DNA of 64,000 bases. Source: an uncultured Pseudomonadota bacterium. GTDB lineage: Bacteria; Pseudomonadota; Alphaproteobacteria; Rs-D84. Shown here piece by piece: positions 39,839 through 50,700 of the stretch. Location of the stretch: the NCBI GenBank assembly GCA_902762295.1, contig CACWNX010000001.1, positions 355,238-419,237 on the forward strand. The letters are read 5' to 3'. Within the stretch, counting starts at the first letter, position 1, and each line of letters starts with the position of its first letter. The position numbers and the translations under genes were made by a program. The notes beneath the pieces are model-generated. The model had not been told where the DNA came from. It did not search any database and worked only from the letters and a program-made list of their open reading frames with translations.

Positions 39839-40507
39839 ATGAAAAAATTATTTGCAATATTTTTGTTGTTGTGTGGATGCGCATCATACCAGAGCCCAGA
39901 CCGCGCAACATGGGGTACATATCTGCGCGGGGTCAGTTTTACTGATATGAATAACAACTCTGTTTCGGCGAAAACACCGATATTCCTTGGTGATGGTGGT
40001 CGTACGGTGGCCGGTGCAGTTGCAAATAATCCGCAAATGGAATATGGCGACCGTGAATCAAATGAATCAGCAATGTATTTAGGCTATATGTCAGAAGTGG
40101 AAAACGCGTTGTATGATGCGTTGCGTAAACCGGGTGTGTCGGTTCAACGTGCCGGTACCGATGTTGTTGTAATTATGGTTCGCGATGCAATTATGGAAAT
40201 GAATGCGCCTGAAATATCGCGCACAGGGGATGAAAATCTGAAAACAATCGCAAAGATACTAAAACAATATGACGCAACATTTATTGAAATTGCCGGCTAT
40301 ACCGATTCTATGCGTGATTCAAATGCCGCACATGCATTTACAATGGATATGGCCGAACGTGTTGGCGTTTATTTGAATAAACATGGAATCAAGAATTCGC
40401 GAATGTTTATTATCGGTCGTGGTGCCACACGACCAATTGCGGCCCAGGATGAATGGGGTCGCCTGACCAACCGTCGCATTGAAATAAGACTTTTGCCCGT
40501 CCGATAA
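39839..40507 (+). CDS. OmpA-family lipoprotein
   Basis: Lipobox LCGC, IEIAGYTDS, GRG...PIA, NRRIEI. Confidence 0.85.
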   Translation: MKKLFAIFLLLCGCASYQSPDRATWGTYLRGVSFTDMNNNSVSAKTPIFLGDGGRTVAGAVANNPQMEYGDRESNESAMYLGYMSEVENALYDALRKPGVSVQRAGTDVVVIMVRDAIMEMNAPEISRTGDENLKTIAKILKQYDATFIEIAGYTDSMRDSNAAHAFTMDMAERVGVYLNKHGIKNSRMFIIGRGATRPIAAQDEWGRLTNRRIEIRLLPVR

Positions 40508-40588
40508 AATTGTTATAACTTTCTCTTTCTTTTTTGATTTTTTGTTGCTATAGTTCCACCGTCAACAAAACAAAAAAAAGGATGGAAA

Positions 40589-41242
40589 ATGGCAAACAAT
40601 ACAAATTCAACAAAAAAATATGTTAAATACGGCATTGTTGCGGCGGTTGTTATCGCTGTTGCAATTTTGGGTATATTTTTAATTGGGGGCATCGGCGGTA
40701 AAAATGTCAGTGCAGACCAAGCAATCGCAGAAGTGTCCAGTGATGCGGTCAATGGTGCCGACCTGCGTATAGCGGTTGTTCGTATGGATGCAATTCAAAC
40801 ACAATCCAAGGTATTACAGGATTTGCGCAAACAAAAAGAATCATATGAAAATAAACTGCGCGATGAATTAACAAAACAGCAAAAAGCATTGGAAAAAGAA
40901 AAAGCAGATATTGAAAAGTCCCAAGATGTTTTGTCCCAAGAAGCCTTGCAACGCCGGGTCGTTGATTATCAGGGCAAGGTTGCAAAACTGCAACGCGATT
41001 TGACCGAGCGTGCACAATCGGTGGATGTGTCGTTTCAAAAGGCATTAGCCCAGATTCAAGAAAAACACCTTGATCCGATTATAGAAGCAATCATTGCGAA
41101 AAAGAATCTGTCGTTGGTAATTGACGGTCGTTTTGCGCGTACCGGTGCCGAGGTTGCAAACCTGGATATCACAAACGATGTTATAAACGCATTGGATAAA
41201 AAGGTTTCATCGGTGAAAATGGAAACACCAAAGGGTTTCTAA
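40589..41242 (+). CDS. OmpH/Skp periplasmic chaperone
   Basis: RIAVVRMDAI, coiled coil, LDITNDVINALD. Confidence 0.85.
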   Translation: MANNTNSTKKYVKYGIVAAVVIAVAILGIFLIGGIGGKNVSADQAIAEVSSDAVNGADLRIAVVRMDAIQTQSKVLQDLRKQKESYENKLRDELTKQQKALEKEKADIEKSQDVLSQEALQRRVVDYQGKVAKLQRDLTERAQSVDVSFQKALAQIQEKHLDPIIEAIIAKKNLSLVIDGRFARTGAEVANLDITNDVINALDKKVSSVKMETPKGF

Positions 41243-41262
41243 ATCTTTTGCAATAGCTATTT

Positions 41263-41293
41263 AAAAACGGTTGTGATTTGCAACCGTTTTTTT
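41263..41293. terminator. Bidirectional terminator
   Basis: AAAAACGGTTG-TGATTTG-CAACCGTTTTTTT. Confidence 0.75.
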
Positions 41294-41308
41294 GTTTTTT
41301 AATAAAGT

Positions 41309-41617
41309 CTAATTCAGATTTGTTAAAAACATTGGGAAATTGTTTTCTTCATCATCAGAATTTTCGGTATTTACATTTTCATCGGATGCAGTACTTTCGG
41401 TTGATGTTTTATCTTTCGGGTCACGCATAGAATCAATCTTGTTCTGTTCTTCATTCACTATGCGACCATAGTGTTCGGCGGATTGTAATAAACGTTCGCG
41501 TTCAATCTCGTCCTGGGCCTGGCGTGCCTGGTCCATATATTGTTTTCTTTTTTGACGCCATTTATGACAACGTTGAATCATCATGCCAACAGATGTCTGA
41601 TTTTTTTTATTTTGCAT
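41309..41617 (-). CDS. DUF4167-like small protein
   Basis: Y...AR.A.....E..LQ.AEHY.RI motif of alphaproteobacterial DUF4167, with an acidic tail. Confidence 0.65.
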   Translation of the reverse strand: MQNKKNQTSVGMMIQRCHKWRQKRKQYMDQARQAQDEIERERLLQSAEHYGRIVNEEQNKIDSMRDPKDKTSTESTASDENVNTENSDDEENNFPMFLTNLN

Positions 41618-41780
41618 ATGTTTTTTCTTTTTGTTTGGAAATTATCCGTGGGCAAATGTGTAAAATTATAATCACAATGTCCTGTTTAAACATCATGGAT
41701 GATAAAACATATTAAAACCGATTGCAATATTTTTTTTCAATTGCTATGCTGTTTGTATGATTACAGAGTAGGGGGCATTT

Positions 41781-43148
41781 GTGTATACCCAAAGAGGTAA
41801 TTTTTTATTACAGGCATTACTTGCGCTGACACTGGTATTTGCGTTTATACCGTTCTTTGCGCGTCGTTTGGCCAATCGTGATATCGGTGCCCAAATGTAT
41901 GCAACCACGCGCCAGGTTGAAACGGTGCGAACCGCATCACGGATTTTTATTCAAGAAAACGCAGATAATCTTCCGTACGAACGAACGATAATATCTGGTG
42001 AAAAATTTAGCGAGATTTTAGAACCATATGGTTTGCCGTTGGGTTTTATTGCGCGCACTGCATTAGGTCAAGATATCAGTTTGATTATTGATAAAAATAC
42101 AAATGAAGTTTCGGCATTTGTGCGTTTGTCGGGTGGTAATCTTAGTGTTATGCAACGCGCCGAATTGGCGCATCGTATTGGTTTTTATGCTGTATATGAT
42201 TCTGCGGATTCTGACGGCAGTATAGATGTTGGGGTGCAGTTAGGTGATATGTATTCAGATGTTGTTCGTCGCAACGATAAAAATTCAGATTTGTCTGGTT
42301 TTTTAACTGATTTGGATATGGGCGGATTTCGTTTTGATAATGCGGGGAATATATTAGCCATAAATTCTAGTTTTGATACTGGCGAAATCACAACTTTAAC
42401 AATATATGGGGCAGAAGCCAATCGCAAAGAACGAAACAATATTGGTTCAATTAAATCGGATAAAACGGTATTTCAAAGTGCGTCTGGTGAATCAGGGTTA
42501 TCTTTGACACGCGGGGTGTTGAATGCAGATACGGTTGTTGGTCATACAGTTGCAAAATTTGGCGATGTTGGAAATATAACGGTTGTTGATGCCGCAGTAG
42601 ATACATTTGATATGTCACTTGGACGAACCGGTTTTACGGGGCCTTCAAGTTGGTATGTTGGTGGCAATATAATAACCAGCCGTATTTCATTCAGTGTTGA
42701 ACGACTTGATGTTTCATCGTCAATAAATATGTCGCGTGGTCAAGATGTGTATATAGACACCAGTACATTGACATACAATACCGCCAGTGGTATAGATACC
42801 GATTATATATATTCTTCAAATATCACACTGCGTGACCAAACATCAGATAGTCTTAATCATGGAGGCAGTGGTGCCGCAATTTTGGATATTCGACCGTCTG
42901 GGACATCGTTATTGCCAGATGTGCTTGTTAACTGGATAGACAACGGTGCGTTTTTGATTATTGCCAGTCCCACAGAAGATGATGATAAAACCATTGATTG
43001 CAAATCTGTGATTTCTGATATTGGAAAAACATATAATCAAAAATCGTTGGCGCAGTACATAATTTGCCAATATGTTTTCTGGCAGCGTCTGGAACACCGA
43101 ATAGATGTTAAACAATGCTTAATGGGGGGTGGCAGTGCGTGTAAATAA
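41781..43148 (+). CDS. PilV-like minor pilin/adhesin 1
   Basis: QRG|NFLLQ prepilin-like N-terminus; GLPLGF..RTALGQ and FLTDLDMGG..FDN resemble the PilV N-terminal (Shufflon_N) region. Confidence 0.65.
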   Translation: MYTQRGNFLLQALLALTLVFAFIPFFARRLANRDIGAQMYATTRQVETVRTASRIFIQENADNLPYERTIISGEKFSEILEPYGLPLGFIARTALGQDISLIIDKNTNEVSAFVRLSGGNLSVMQRAELAHRIGFYAVYDSADSDGSIDVGVQLGDMYSDVVRRNDKNSDLSGFLTDLDMGGFRFDNAGNILAINSSFDTGEITTLTIYGAEANRKERNNIGSIKSDKTVFQSASGESGLSLTRGVLNADTVVGHTVAKFGDVGNITVVDAAVDTFDMSLGRTGFTGPSSWYVGGNIITSRISFSVERLDVSSSINMSRGQDVYIDTSTLTYNTASGIDTDYIYSSNITLRDQTSDSLNHGGSGAAILDIRPSGTSLLPDVLVNWIDNGAFLIIASPTEDDDKTIDCKSVISDIGKTYNQKSLAQYIICQYVFWQRLEHRIDVKQCLMGGGSACK

Positions 43149-44337
43149 ACGAAATATTTTTTCGCCCACAAAATATGATGTCGTCGCTATGCGTGGTGGC
43201 GGTTTAGTAGAGTTGTTGTTGGCATTGGTTATAATTTCGGTTGCAACACCATTTACATATTCAATGATTTCAGAATCTACGCATAAAATGCACGATATGG
43301 CAATCGCAAATGATATTATCAGTATTCGTGATAGTATTTTGAACTTTGTGCGTATAAATCAAGATTTATGGCCGGATACCGTTCAGATAAAAATGTCAGA
43401 TGATGAAATATCGCAATTTTCGGGTGCTATATCATCGGGCTTTATAGATAAATATATGGTCAATGGTGGTTCAGTTATAGATGTTTATTTGGAATTTAAT
43501 TTTGATTTACCAACCAAACGTGTTGCACAGATTGCCAATAATATTGGAACAGATGCGGCATTGGTTGACCAAGATGGTGTTGCGCATGGTGATACATGGG
43601 CGGTGACCGCACCAGATTTTAAATCGGGTGGATTGATTTATAAAATAACCCGCGGTATGTCCGATTTTGATACGGCGCGTTTCTTGCATCGTGGTTCATC
43701 GGGTGAAGATAATTTAAATGTTATGATGCGTGATTTGAATATGGGTGGATATGATGTGTATAATGTTGGTGCCGTCAATGGTAAATCGGTTCGTGTTCGT
43801 AATCTTGATGCGACATTTGTCAATTCAGAAACACTAGATGCTAAGACGGTTTATTTTGCATCTGGGGCAAATATGAATGGTGATAATGTTAAAATTGGGA
43901 CATTGCGTGTTTCAGGTGATATAAATGGGTTCCGCAGTATAACAGCAAAGAAGTTAAATGGTTCGGCATTTAATTTAAATGGTGCGGTTATCGCAGACAC
44001 CGCGAAAATAAACAATTCGCTAAATGTTGCCGGTAATTTTACATTAAAGTCCAGTTCGTTAAAAACGGTTGGTGGTTTTATGGGTGTTGCGGTTGGGTCG
44101 GTATATGCGCCATACATAGTGGCAAAAGAAATAATGTTCAATGGAAATGTTGGGCTGACCGTGTCGGGCGAGTTACTTGTATCATCTGTTCAGCCAATTA
44201 AATTTGGAAATTGGTCATTTCCATCTTCAACACCGCCATTGTTTTCGTCTTTGACTTTGGCACGCGCCACAATTCCAGAAATGCCAAATAAACAAGAATT
44301 TGAAGCAATAATGACAAGTGGATGGCAAACAAAATGA
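43129..44337 (+). CDS. PilV-like minor pilin/adhesin 2
   Basis: RG|GGLVE signal; FLHRGSSGEDNLNVMMRDLNMGGYDVYNVGAVNG strongly resembles the PilV conserved motif. Start codon uncertain. Confidence 0.7.
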   Translation: MAVRVNKRNIFSPTKYDVVAMRGGGLVELLLALVIISVATPFTYSMISESTHKMHDMAIANDIISIRDSILNFVRINQDLWPDTVQIKMSDDEISQFSGAISSGFIDKYMVNGGSVIDVYLEFNFDLPTKRVAQIANNIGTDAALVDQDGVAHGDTWAVTAPDFKSGGLIYKITRGMSDFDTARFLHRGSSGEDNLNVMMRDLNMGGYDVYNVGAVNGKSVRVRNLDATFVNSETLDAKTVYFASGANMNGDNVKIGTLRVSGDINGFRSITAKKLNGSAFNLNGAVIADTAKINNSLNVAGNFTLKSSSLKTVGGFMGVAVGSVYAPYIVAKEIMFNGNVGLTVSGELLVSSVQPIKFGNWSFPSSTPPLFSSLTLARATIPEMPNKQEFEAIMTSGWQTK

Positions 44338-45647
44338 AAAATATAAATCGTATTTTTACCGATAAATATGCCATGTGTGGGACTGTGCTGATGGAATTCT
44401 TGTTGACATTGGCACTGGCGGGAACACTGATGCCGTTTATATATAGTTATCAACAACGCGCAATAATTCGTGCAGAAAATTTGCGTATAAATCGTCAAAT
44501 GCAACGCGTTCAGACGGTTTTAGAACGATATATTGTGCAAAACAAAGACAGCATGTTAACGACGGTTGGTCGGAATATAATTCCGGTAAAAATATCCGAT
44601 TTGGTGGATTATGGAATAGAACAAGACTTTATAGATGCGGTCGGTGATAAATATCAAATTCGTGTATTGAAATCAATGGATGTTAATAACCAGGCAACAC
44701 TTCAGGGGGTTATTGTTTTGCATGATTCGGAAATATCGCCATTGCGCACGCGTGAAATTGTATCCATGGGTGATGATAAAGTTGGCTTTGTTGACGGTAC
44801 GCATGTATATGGTGGTTTTGGCACATGGCGCGCAGATATTGCGGAACTTGGGATAGATGGTGGGTCCGGTGTTGTTCAACGAACGGCGATAAATCGTGAT
44901 AATTCATTATATTTATGGCGCGTACCATCTGAAAACGCATCTGATGCGACAATGATGATGCCGTTAAACCTTGGTGGACGCGATATTCAAAATGTGTCAT
45001 TTGTAAATGCCGGCGGATTAAAATTGGATGAAATTTTAACCGCAAATAAATTAGTTGTTAATGATTTGATATTTAAAAATCGCACAACCATTGACAGCCA
45101 ATTTAATACACAAATTGCGGTCGTTTCGGGTTCAATGTCGGGTGATTCAAAGAGTATCGCAGTAAACGGTATATTCAGTTTGTCCGAAATTGGAAAATTT
45201 TCTGGATTTACCGCTGATAATTTATGGGTAAATAAATTAAACCTTAGCGGACTGTCAACGCCATCAGGTTCAAATGCAATTCTGCGTTGCGGTTCGTCGC
45301 TGGATATGACCGAAGGTCGCATAACTGCCGGTATGGTCAGTGTCGGTTTTACCGGTTCAATTACGCCGAAACTAGTTGTTAAACAACGAATCGCAGATTC
45401 TCAAGATTCACGATATTTTTGGGATGTTAAATCTAATGTGGCAAATTTTGTTGATATAAATTCACCAACATTATCTGATATGGCGACCAATATTTTGCGG
45501 ATTGAATCTGTCGCTGGGTCGGCTGCAACACGAATATTTGGTGCGGTTGTTGCAAATAAAAATGCGACAATGGGGGATTATTTGAACGCAATAAAAGAAA
45601 TTGGGCAAAGTGTGCGTGGGAAATATCACTTGTTGAATTTAGAATAA
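44334..45647 (+). CDS. PilV-like minor pilin/adhesin 3
   Basis: CG|TVLME signal; GGFGTW and YLWRVP...MMMPLNLGGRDIQNV; ATGA overlap with the previous gene. Confidence 0.7.
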   Translation: MKNINRIFTDKYAMCGTVLMEFLLTLALAGTLMPFIYSYQQRAIIRAENLRINRQMQRVQTVLERYIVQNKDSMLTTVGRNIIPVKISDLVDYGIEQDFIDAVGDKYQIRVLKSMDVNNQATLQGVIVLHDSEISPLRTREIVSMGDDKVGFVDGTHVYGGFGTWRADIAELGIDGGSGVVQRTAINRDNSLYLWRVPSENASDATMMMPLNLGGRDIQNVSFVNAGGLKLDEILTANKLVVNDLIFKNRTTIDSQFNTQIAVVSGSMSGDSKSIAVNGIFSLSEIGKFSGFTADNLWVNKLNLSGLSTPSGSNAILRCGSSLDMTEGRITAGMVSVGFTGSITPKLVVKQRIADSQDSRYFWDVKSNVANFVDINSPTLSDMATNILRIESVAGSAATRIFGAVVANKNATMGDYLNAIKEIGQSVRGKYHLLNLE

Positions 45648-45674
45648 ATTATGCTATAACAATGGAAAGAAAAC

Positions 45675-46196
45675 ATGAAAATAAAATGTGAAGTTTGTAA
45701 AACCGAATATTCTGTGCCGAACGCGCCAAACGGTAATGTGCGGTGTGCGGTGTGCGGGAACACTTGGCGTGTTTGCCAAAAGGGTCGGCGTTCGGGATTA
45801 CTGGTATTTTTTGCATCCTTGTGCGCATTATTGGCGGCGACAATTTTTGCGGTTGCCGTTATTGTGACTTCGCGACGCGATAATCCGGAAAAGCGTCCAT
45901 TGATTGCAACTATTACAGATGTATCAACCGTGACCGATGCAGATGGAACCGAACATATTGCTGTTCGGGGAACGGTCACAAATCGTTCGGATGATATATA
46001 CGGTTTCCCTGATTTAACGATTATTTTATATGGTGCAGATGGTTCGCCCATTTCACGCCAGAAATTTATGCCGTCGGCAACATTACTGGATGCGGGACAA
46101 TCGGTTGTGTTTTCGCACACATTGACGGGAAATGTGACGGGTGTAAAACGCATTGCGGTTGAATTATTGGATAAACCCCAGGGGGATAAAAAATGA
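45675..46196 (+). CDS. Zinc-ribbon (MJ0042-type) / DUF3426-like membrane protein
   Basis: CEVC..Y....VRCAVCG..W, one TM and an Ig-like domain (VRGTVTNRS, P.L...LYG.DG). Confidence 0.8.
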   Translation: MKIKCEVCKTEYSVPNAPNGNVRCAVCGNTWRVCQKGRRSGLLVFFASLCALLAATIFAVAVIVTSRRDNPEKRPLIATITDVSTVTDADGTEHIAVRGTVTNRSDDIYGFPDLTIILYGADGSPISRQKFMPSATLLDAGQSVVFSHTLTGNVTGVKRIAVELLDKPQGDKK

Positions 46197-46669
46197 AGAA
46201 TTTAATTTTTGCATTGGTGTTATCTGTACTGACTTTATCGGCGTTTGCCGACACACCGTCAACACCCCCGGCACCATTACCGGGACCACGGGTCAGTGTA
46301 TTTTCTACAACCACCGATTGGGCGGCATTGACTGGTTTGCCATTGCGCCAATTCCGTGGCAAGTTTAAATGGACAAATTCAGATGTTGGTCGTGGAATGG
46401 TGCTGTATTATCTGGACGCGTTTCCATGTTATGGCGAAGCGGACAGTGTTCGTATGTGGCTTGGGCCAAATCGTCAATCAGATGGAATATTGCGGTTGGT
46501 CTGTGTCCATGCCCCAGAAAAAATCAGTTTTACATGGCGCAATGCCACCCGTGATGCAGACCAGGCGGAAAGTACCGGAATACTGAATTGTCCGGTGACG
46601 GGTGAATACGAACTGGATATAGACCTTTCAAAATGTACCCGCGGTCCAGACTGGAAAGAATATAAGTAA
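46193..46669 (+). CDS. Exported hypothetical protein
   Basis: SD GGGGGA, signal peptide ending SAFA, four Cys; translationally coupled to the upstream gene. Confidence 0.7.
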   Translation: MKNLIFALVLSVLTLSAFADTPSTPPAPLPGPRVSVFSTTTDWAALTGLPLRQFRGKFKWTNSDVGRGMVLYYLDAFPCYGEADSVRMWLGPNRQSDGILRLVCVHAPEKISFTWRNATRDADQAESTGILNCPVTGEYELDIDLSKCTRGPDWKEYK

Positions 46670-46673
46670 AGTT

Positions 46674-47633
46674 ATGCCAACAAATCGTGAATTTATTGTC
46701 CCAGGTGAAACCGATGCCGTGCGTACAGATAAATTTCTGGTGACCGTAATGCCGGAATTTTCGCGCAGTGAAATTCAGCGGTTTTCTGTTTTGCGCAATG
46801 GGAACCAGTGCCGATTTGCGGAAAAAGTTAAACCGGGTGACATAATATTGGTTGAAATCCCCGATGTTCAAACTATGGTTGCCACCGATAATGTTTCGGA
46901 CGAATTGAACCTAGATGTTTTGTATCAAGATGACGATATAATCGTTGTGAATAAACCGCGCGGTGTTGTTATGTATCCTTCGGCGGGCAATAAAACCGGT
47001 ACATTGGTTCAAAATATATTGTCATTCACGCATTTATCTGCGCTGGGGGGTGAAACACGGCCGGGGGTTGTGCATCGCCTGGACAAAGATACCAGTGGTG
47101 TTGTCGTTCTGGCAAAGTCGGATGCGGCATATCGTGGGCTGATAAAGATTTTTTCATCGCATGATTTAACGCGGAAATATGTCGCATTTGTGTGGGGCGT
47201 ACCAAATTGGACCGGTGCCGATATAACCGGCAATATTGCGCGTTCATCCCGTAATCGCCAAAAAATGACAATGGTAAAATCGGGCGGTCGTCCTGCACAT
47301 ACGATTGTTGATGTAATTGATGCGTGGCCACGTGTCGGTGTATCGGAATTTTTGTGTACATTGATGACCGGTCGTACGCACCAGATTCGCGTTCATTTAT
47401 CGGCGCATGGGTTCCCAGTTTTGTGTGACCCGGTTTATGGACATGGCGCATCGCGACTGGGGTCGGTTCGCGATGGTGATTTATTAGAATTTATTAAAAA
47501 TCATTCGGGCCAGATGTTGCATGCACGGGTTTTGGAATTTTGCCATCCAATAACCGGCGAACGGATGCATTTTAAATGTGAATTACCCGATGATATGTTG
47601 GAATTAAAATATATTCTTGACAATTCAAATTAA
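46674..47633 (+). CDS. rluD: RluA-family 23S pseudouridine synthase (RluD-like)
   Basis: VVNKPRG, RPGVVHRLDKDTSG, TGRTHQIRVH, QMLHA..L.F.HP.TGE. Confidence 0.88.
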   Translation: MPTNREFIVPGETDAVRTDKFLVTVMPEFSRSEIQRFSVLRNGNQCRFAEKVKPGDIILVEIPDVQTMVATDNVSDELNLDVLYQDDDIIVVNKPRGVVMYPSAGNKTGTLVQNILSFTHLSALGGETRPGVVHRLDKDTSGVVVLAKSDAAYRGLIKIFSSHDLTRKYVAFVWGVPNWTGADITGNIARSSRNRQKMTMVKSGGRPAHTIVDVIDAWPRVGVSEFLCTLMTGRTHQIRVHLSAHGFPVLCDPVYGHGASRLGSVRDGDLLEFIKNHSGQMLHARVLEFCHPITGERMHFKCELPDDMLELKYILDNSN

Positions 47634-47702
47634 ACACTAATTTTCGCTTTTCTTTTTTTTGCCCCTATGATATAATAAGGTGATACCAAAAGGGGATCGA
47701 GA

Positions 47703-50700
47703 ATGAAATTTTTAACAACATTTATTGGATTTTTACCGGTTTTATGTGTAATTCAGCCGTCATTTGCCGACCTGCGCGCGGGTGGTTCGCGTGTGTCTGT
47801 GGCATCGGCAACGGGGCGTGGTTCGGTTGCATCGGCGGCGGATATTTCTGCGGCGGCGGCATCGCGTCGTATTCCGACAATGATTTCGGCAACAACATTG
47901 GCATCAACGGCGGTTGTTGGTTCAACGACTGCGGCAAATTCATCGCTGATGACGGACACCGAATGTGTTGATGCATATACCGAATGTATCCGTGATCCCG
48001 AGGTTTGTGGTTCTGAATTTGAAGAGTGTACGACATCTGAATTGTTCTATGCACAAAAACCGAAGTGCAATAATGTTTTACTGCAATGTTCGTCCGCCGG
48101 TATCAACACCCTTTTTGGTACGACCAGTACCGCGAATCTGGCAACGAAAAATTCAAATGGCGAATATGTGTATCCAACGGCGGCAAGTGTCCTGGGCCAG
48201 TTTATAGAGGCGGGCGCGATAAACAATCGTTTAGATACATCGGCATGTGTTAAACGTTATACATCGTGTTTAAAGAAAGAAAGTGTTTGTGGTAATGATT
48301 TTGAACTTTGCACAACGAATTCAGAATTCAAGAAACAAAAATTGTTCTGTGAATCAACATTGGCGCGGTGCCAAGACGAAGGTAAAACCGAACTGTTTGG
48401 GTCAACGAATACATCGTCAAATCCAACGGCGGCAAGTCGTCTGGGAATTTTGATAAAAGAAGGCGCAGACCTGGCGGCGGTGAATGCGGTATCAACATGT
48501 TATAAGGTTGTAGACCAATGTTTCCTTGGTGCATGCAGCGAAAACCCATACAAATGTATTGTTGATTCTAATTCAATCATTTCAAATATAACCGATGCAA
48601 TCAACGAAGGGCGCACATTAACACCAGAACAGGCAACCGCAATTGCGGATGCGCGCACATCGGCACAGGTTGCAGCATATATTCGTAATTCTTGTTTGGA
48701 AACAATTGGTGGTAATAAATATTGCTATGCGACATTCCTGGGCAACGGACAAATGCCAACGGCGGCACAATTGCGTGACGAAGACAATCGTGACGAAGTC
48801 TATGCCGAGGCATATTCTGCGCGTATGAATGCATCTATGCGTGAAAAGATTTCCCAGATTGCCGATAAATTTGATAAAAAGACCAAAGATAAATGTGTTG
48901 ATACCATCATGTCATGCGCGATGCGTTCGTGTGGTGGCGGCTTAGGTTCGGCATGTTACCAGTTAGTATTTAACACCGGCGCGCGTTCGGATATTGGTGG
49001 TTCCATAGCCGGTGATAACACATATCAAGAAATCAAAACTGGGTGCGAGGCGATTGTTAATACCGATGTTAACTGTCAGTATGCGGCGGCATCGGCAAAT
49101 GAACAAACATTCAATTACAATTATGCAGAATCTGGTACATTTGGAACGGTATTTCCAACATCAGATACCGGTAAAGATCCGTTGGGTGTTGTTGCGCGTC
49201 TGAATGGTGCCTTGGCAGAAAATTACAATGATGCGGCAATTGAAAGAATGGGTAAACAATGTCGTAATACCGCGGTCAGTTGCATCCGTTCACTGTGCGG
49301 TGCGGACTTTGTAAATTGCTATCGCAACCGTACAGATGTAATGTCGGATACCTATGATACAGGAAATGCAAACTTTGATAAAAGCATGAATAAACTTGGC
49401 GGTGTTCTGGACTTTAATATTGTGCGTGGCTTGTGTGTAAATACGATAAAGGATGCCGATACATGTGAAGAACATTTGAAAATCCAGATGGTCAAGAATT
49501 ACACTGGTACAAATGGCAAAACAGGCTGGGGTAATAAAACATCGGTGCGTGATGCATGGGTTGATGCAGTCAAAGATGGTTATAAACAAACCGATTCTGC
49601 CGATACACGCGTGTTAATGGGGTGTGTAATTAAAAAAGGAACATCCAAAGAATGCGACGAACTTGCCGGCAACCCAAATCTTATCGAAGACTGTGGAACG
49701 GTTGATGAAAATGGTTGCGTATACAGTGAAGAATACTATATGACCGAAACAGATTATCAATTCACAATGAGTGTTGATACATTATTCCAGGAAGTTTTGG
49801 GTGATATCGAAAAAGAAGCCCAGGCGAAATACAATGCAAAACTGACTGCGGAGCAGCATATGTGTATTGATGCAAACAGTGGTGGTTTGATGGGTAATCG
49901 TGAAATGTCCGGCACGTACCAGTGGGTGAAATTAAAAAGCAAGCGCATCCCGAAAAATTACAGTACAGCCGGTCTGAAAGTAAACGATTTTGTGGCAAGC
50001 AACGATTTGTATGGTTCGTTCTGTCGTGCACGCGTCACAATTCAATCGGATGACCCAGATATCCAATCTGCATTGCAAACCAAGAATCAAAATTGGTCCA
50101 CGGCATACTTTGCGGTTGGTGATGTATTCACCTGTGGTTCCTGGATACCACAAGAACAATTGGAAAAGATTGCAAAGAAAGTTGCGTGTAAAAAGGCTGT
50201 TGTGGCTGGCACATTGCCATCGGGTACAAATTGCGATACCGATGCAGATATTGAAAACATCGGTTTAACCACTGGTCAAAAATGGGCAACCGCCGCAGCG
50301 GCGATTGGTGGCGCAGGCTTGGGCGGTGTTGGCGGTGCGTATTTGGCAGATAGCTTACAAAGCAGTAATATGCTAGGTGGATTGTTGCAGAGAAATAGAA
50401 ACTCTAATCAACAAAATAGTAGAAATGTTTTGGCAGCGCAGAATTGTGTCCAGGCGTTCAAGTCATATAATAGCGCATTTGAAAGAATAACAGAAGGTGG
50501 TGTGAAAACCGAAACAAAAGACGGTGTTACAACAACAACTTATAGTCCTGCACAATTAAAAGCAGGCGAGGAAGCTATTAAAGCAATGGGAGAAACGGTT
50601 AATTATGCGAGCATGATTGTAAATCGTCAAAAAGCATCTTCAGATCGGGCGGTCGCAGCATTTAACAATGCATATGATACAGCGAAGCAGTGTGTTGATT

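Noticed and set aside
41781-46669. Shufflon (invertible PilV C-termini)
   Set aside because: No Rci-like recombinase, inverted partial cassettes or repeated crossover sites were seen.
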